A DNA stretch of 21,607 bases, taken from contig JAEOUG010000105.1 in NCBI GenBank assembly GCA_016839445.1, positions 1-21,607 on the forward strand. The letters are read 5' to 3'. Below, piece by piece: positions 18,305 to 21,607 of this stretch. The notes under the pieces were generated by a model that searched no databases, was not told the origin of the DNA, and saw only the letters and a list, made by a program, of their open reading frames with translations. Numbering within the stretch: position 1 is the first letter of the stretch; each line of letters begins with the position of its first letter. The position numbers were made by a program, and so were the translations under genes. The stretch comes from Candidatus Thorarchaeota archaeon (GTDB taxonomy: Archaea; Asgardarchaeota; Thorarchaeia; Thorarchaeales; Thorarchaeaceae).

Positions 18305-18814
18305 CTACTCCTCGATGCCCTTGAGACCCCTCAACTCTAGAGTGTCCAAATACGTGTCCATGGCGAACATCGTCAGTGTCTTGTCGACTGCAGGCTTCTT
18401 TCTGAGGAAGTCTACGATGAACCGATTCATCTCCTCTATGTCCTTCGTTCTCACTTTCAGCAGTACGTCATACTCCCCACTCAACACATGAACTGACTGA
18501 ACAAGTCTGTGTCCAGCAATGTCTTTGCAGAATTCGCGCTGTGAGATGACCTTGGACCCTCCGGGAACACGGTAGGTCACCGTCACCAGTATGAAAGCCA
18601 GAGTCCCACGGTCGAGTTTCTTGGGATCCAACAGCGCGGTGAAGCCACGAATGTATTCCATCTCGCGAAGTCGGTTGATTCGGGCGTGGACAGTGGAGAT
18701 TCCCTTCCCCACCTTGTTAGCGATCTTGGCGTTCTTCGCCCGCCCATCCTTCTGGAGTTCCTTCATTATCTGGATATCCGTGGCATCTACTGCCGCTGAA
18801 GATTTTTCGGTCAT
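18305..18814 (-). CDS. Lrp/AsnC family transcriptional regulator
   Basis: DATDIQIMKELQKDGR...IA..VG...STVHARINRL...YIRGFTALLDPKKL, followed by a RAM domain (VLSGEYDVLLKVR). Confidence 0.93.
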   Translation of the reverse strand: MTEKSSAAVDATDIQIMKELQKDGRAKNAKIANKVGKGISTVHARINRLREMEYIRGFTALLDPKKLDRGTLAFILVTVTYRVPGGSKVISQREFCKDIAGHRLVQSVHVLSGEYDVLLKVRTKDIEEMNRFIVDFLRKKPAVDKTLTMFAMDTYLDTLELRGLKGIEE

Positions 18815-18832
18815 ACTCTCCAGACACCCATC

Positions 18833-18855
18833 AAAACTGAAATGATTTCTGTTTT
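18833..18855. promoter_or_regulatory. 23-bp near-perfect palindrome, probable operator upstream of the lrp gene
   Basis: AAAACTGAAAT-G-ATTTCTGTTTT, 10 of 11 arm positions pair. Lies 18 nt upstream of the Lrp ATG and downstream of a minus-strand TATATGTA. Confidence 0.6.
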
Positions 18856-19047
18856 ACGCAGGAAGTACATATAGCAGAATGGGCGTATCACAGAATCAGC
18901 AGAGAGCTCTCCTCCAATGTGATCAGCGAGGCTATGACCTCAACACCCCACCAAGGTATCTTGTTCTGCTCTCTGCATTCCTCATATCCCGAGAAGCAAA
19001 AGACTTCTAACCCCCATGATGCATCGTTTCAGATGGAGGTCGGTTCA

Positions 19048-19470
19048 TTGCCGTTCTTTGAAAGCACTGAGCAGCTGAAGGAAGTATTCGAGAAGTTCTG
19101 GACTGAGGCCAAGAAAGACACTGAGGTAATGCAGAAGCTCGAGAAGTCGGCCGTCATAGTACGTTTTGACATTGAACAGCCAGAGATACATGTCACCATC
19201 AACTTCAAGGAAGCCGGGGCTGACGGGAGTCTGGGGACACTGGGATTCGATAGCGATGTAGAGCCCGAGATAAAGGTCTGGTCAACATCAGAAACCACCA
19301 ACAAGTTCTGGCAAGGAAAGCTGAATACGCCCATGGCCATGGCGCGCGGACAGGTCAAGATGGAGGGCTCTGTTCCTAAGGCGATGGGACTTCTCTCCAA
19401 GATCAAACCTCTGTTCAAGATCTTCCCAAGGGTGCTCCAAGACATGGGACTGGATGACATGATACTCTGA
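19048..19470 (+). CDS. Stand-alone SCP2 sterol/lipid-binding domain protein
   Basis: FWQGKLNTPMAMARGQVKMEG...KAMGL is the SCP2 signature. Likely TTG start at 19048 preceded by GGAGGT (19035-19040); the ORF track starts at 18919. Confidence 0.88.
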   Translation: MPFFESTEQLKEVFEKFWTEAKKDTEVMQKLEKSAVIVRFDIEQPEIHVTINFKEAGADGSLGTLGFDSDVEPEIKVWSTSETTNKFWQGKLNTPMAMARGQVKMEGSVPKAMGLLSKIKPLFKIFPRVLQDMGLDDMIL

Positions 19471-19481
19471 GAGTGGTCTTC

Positions 19482-20438
19482 ATGGGATTAGCCCTGCGGC
19501 CTGTTGAGAGGCTAGAGGTCATTGTCCTTGTTGATAACGTTGTAGACTTCTCTGGAGCCGTCAACATCGAAGAAGGTGTATCACCAAGGACCTGGGTCAA
19601 GGAGGGTAAGCCGGAGTACATCCAGTCGGGGCACGGACTCTCGCTACTTGTGAGAACCCATGTAGACGGTGAGATACACGAAATCGTCTACGACGCAGGG
19701 CCTTCTGAGGAGCTTCTCGAACACAACGTGCGTGCACTTGGGCTGGATCTGGCAAGGGTCGAGGCCATTGTGATGAGCCACGGTCACTGGGATCACTTCG
19801 GAGGTCTGAAGTGGCTCATTGAGGAGATTGGCAACCCCCCACTACCTGTCTACCTACACCCGAGGATGCTAGCGCCTCGCAGAGTGGTGACGGAGACTCC
19901 GAAGGGTCAAAACATCTGGACACTCCCCGAGATACCGACCCTAGACGAGATTGAGGAATGGGGAGGCTCTCCAATCATCGATGATTCTCCTGTCACTCTT
20001 GCCGGAAACACACTTCTGCGAACAGGTGAGATACCGAGACACACACCCTACGAGGTTGGGATGCCAGGGCATCAGGCACTGCTGGACGGATCGTGGATGG
20101 ATGACACGCAGGTCATTGATGATTCCTCCTTGATAGCCAACGTGGCAGGCAAGGGAGTGGTGTTGCTGACTGGCTGCGCGCACGCAGGAGTCGTGAACTC
20201 GGCCCGTGAAGCTCTACGTCTCACTGGGGCAGAGCACCTGCACGCCATCATTGGCGGAATTCATCTGATAGGCAGCTCCGACAAGAAGATTGACGATACG
20301 CTTCGAAACCTGGACGCCCTCAAACCAAAGGTTGTCGCGTGTGGGCACTGTACAGGCTGGAAAGCACAGCACCAAGCGTCATCTCTCTTCAAGAAGAGGT
20401 ATGTTCAGAGCAGCGTAGGTCTTCTGTTCGACTTCTAG
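19482..20438 (+). CDS. MBL-fold metallo-hydrolase (MJ0301/dihydropteroate synthase-like family)
   Basis: Motifs VLVDN, HGLSLLV, YDAG, SHGHWDHFGG, TGEIPR, GCAHAG, GGIHL and GHCTG. ATG lies 11 nt after the SCP2 stop. Confidence 0.88.
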   Translation: MGLALRPVERLEVIVLVDNVVDFSGAVNIEEGVSPRTWVKEGKPEYIQSGHGLSLLVRTHVDGEIHEIVYDAGPSEELLEHNVRALGLDLARVEAIVMSHGHWDHFGGLKWLIEEIGNPPLPVYLHPRMLAPRRVVTETPKGQNIWTLPEIPTLDEIEEWGGSPIIDDSPVTLAGNTLLRTGEIPRHTPYEVGMPGHQALLDGSWMDDTQVIDDSSLIANVAGKGVVLLTGCAHAGVVNSAREALRLTGAEHLHAIIGGIHLIGSSDKKIDDTLRNLDALKPKVVACGHCTGWKAQHQASSLFKKRYVQSSVGLLFDF

Positions 20439-20484
20439 GTCGTAGAGCAAAGTATATTAGACGTGGGACGAGGAGCTATCTTGT

Positions 20485-20512
20485 TAACCATAGTTATGGA
20501 TAACCATAGTTA
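20485..20512 (+). promoter_or_regulatory. Tandem palindromic operator, 2 x TAACCATAGTTA, upstream of the DUF1858 gene
   Basis: Exact 12-bp direct repeat at 20485-20496 and 20501-20512; each copy is TAAC-N4-GTTA. It sits between a TATA-like AAAGTATATTA (about 20449-20459) and the SD-like AGGTGA. Confidence 0.7.
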
Positions 20513-20523
20513 AGGTGAACATA

Positions 20524-20730
20524 ATGAGCAAAGCAATCACCAAACAAATGAGTATCTCCGAGATCGTCATGAAGTGGCCAGAGACTGCTGGGACCTTCAT
20601 GGAGCACGGCCTCCATTGCCTCGGATGCGCCGCTGCAAGGTTCGAAACTCTCGAGCAGGGAGCCATTGCACACGGAATCGATCCAGATACACTAATTGAG
20701 GCGCTCAATGAGTCCATTGAGAAAGAGTAG
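20524..20730 (+). CDS. DUF1858 (hybrid-cluster-associated redox disulfide) domain protein
   Basis: ITKQMSISEIV..WPE....F..HGLHCLGC.AA..ETLEQGA.AHGID...LI..LN. Confidence 0.9.
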   Translation: MSKAITKQMSISEIVMKWPETAGTFMEHGLHCLGCAAARFETLEQGAIAHGIDPDTLIEALNESIEKE

Positions 20731-20758
20731 ACTAGGGAAGTAGGATTGAGAATGCCCT

Positions 20759-21607
20759 CTACTCTGAGGGCTTTATCCTACCATAGAGTCTACCTGTTTC
20801 TTCTTCTGCCATCTCAAAGCTGTGCTCTTCATCAGGGAACTTGCCGTCCCGTACTTCTTCACAGTAGTCAGTAACAGCTTTCTTGATGACCTCACGGATA
20901 TTGGCGTACTTCTTCACGAACTTCGGCTTGAAGTCCTCGAAGTAGCCAAGCATGTCGTTGACAACGAGAACCTGCCCATCGCAATGCGGGCCGGCCCCGA
21001 TTCCTATGGTTGGAATGTCAATAGACTCTGTGATCATCTTCGCGGTCTCTGAGGGGACTAGTTCTATCACAAGAGAGAAGGCTCCAGCAGCCTCAAGCTC
21101 CCTCGCCTGCTTGATGAGGCCCTCAGCCATTTCGGCGGTCCGTCCTTGTACACGGTATCCACCCATCTGGAAGATTGACTGAGGGGTTAGGCCTATGTGC
21201 CCCATGACAGGAATGCCGGCATCAACTACTGCGCGGACAACATCCACCACAGGACCGGCTCCTTCAATCTTCACAGCTTCTGCACCACCTCGTTGAAGCA
21301 TGAGTGCGCAGTTCCGGAGAGCTTGGTCAATGCTCACTTTGTAGGACATGAACGGCATGTCACCCACTATCAGGCAATCTGGACGGGCCCTTGCCACGGC
21401 GGCACTGTGGTGAATCACATCATCAATGGTAACAGGAATCGTCGTCTCATATCCTAGTAGAGCATTTCCCACCGAGTCGCCCACGAGAATCATGTCGACT
21501 CCACATTCACTGAGAATACCCGCGGTCGGGGCGTCATAGGCAGTAAGCATAACGATCTTCTTGCCTTTCTTCTTCATCTGACGAATTCTATGAGTGGTCT
21601 GTCGTGC
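20759..21607 (-). CDS. panB: 3-methyl-2-oxobutanoate hydroxymethyltransferase (5' end just outside window)
   Basis: Motifs MLTAYDA, ILVGDSVG, GDMPFMSY, VKIEG, VMGHIGLTPQS and TIGIGAG..CDGQVLV. The frame stays open to the window edge (ARQTTHRIRQMKKKG). Confidence 0.96.
   Translation of the reverse strand, partial: ARQTTHRIRQMKKKGKKIVMLTAYDAPTAGILSECGVDMILVGDSVGNALLGYETTIPVTIDDVIHHSAAVARARPDCLIVGDMPFMSYKVSIDQALRNCALMLQRGGAEAVKIEGAGPVVDVVRAVVDAGIPVMGHIGLTPQSIFQMGGYRVQGRTAEMAEGLIKQARELEAAGAFSLVIELVPSETAKMITESIDIPTIGIGAGPHCDGQVLVVNDMLGYFEDFKPKFVKKYANIREVIKKAVTDYCEEVRDGKFPDEEHSFEMAEEETGRLYGRIKPSE

Noticed and set aside
1-21607. Selenocysteine or pyrrolysine read-through, programmed frameshifts, DGR or other mobile elements
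   Set aside because: The recognised genes appear full length, with no in-frame stop splitting a domain. No reverse transcriptase, transposase, integrase or terminal repeats were seen.

Overview
A gene-dense prokaryotic chromosomal window with about 20 CDS and no rRNA, tRNA, CRISPR or mobile element that I can support. Archaeal signatures include TATA-like boxes about 24 nt upstream of some starts, sequon-rich surface proteins, Lrp/wHTH regulators and a thiolase-DUF35 pair. The 24-aa 'IDLTPLSxC' LRR protein suggests an Asgard archaeon, most likely Thorarchaeota (inference). From left to right: a DUF35 Zn-ribbon/OB protein (cut by the window edge and missed by the ORF track); a thiolase-fold protein lacking the nucleophilic Cys; a cytoplasmic LRR protein built from a 72-bp constant/variable DNA array; DUF1801; an LVIVD surface protein; DUF1028-TPR; an exported Ig-EEP nuclease/phosphatase; an exported caspase-like protease; an M19 dipeptidase; DUF523/DUF1722; a PNPOx-like protein; a kinase-M23-class III aminotransferase fusion; three HTH regulators; a stand-alone SCP2 domain; an MBL hydrolase; DUF1858; and panB (5' end cut). 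The best candidates for new biology are the hypervariable LRR array, the Cys-less thiolase/DUF35 (possible aldolase) with a nearby SCP2, the exported caspase-like protease, and two clear palindromic operators. No complete novel system can be shown from the sequence alone.
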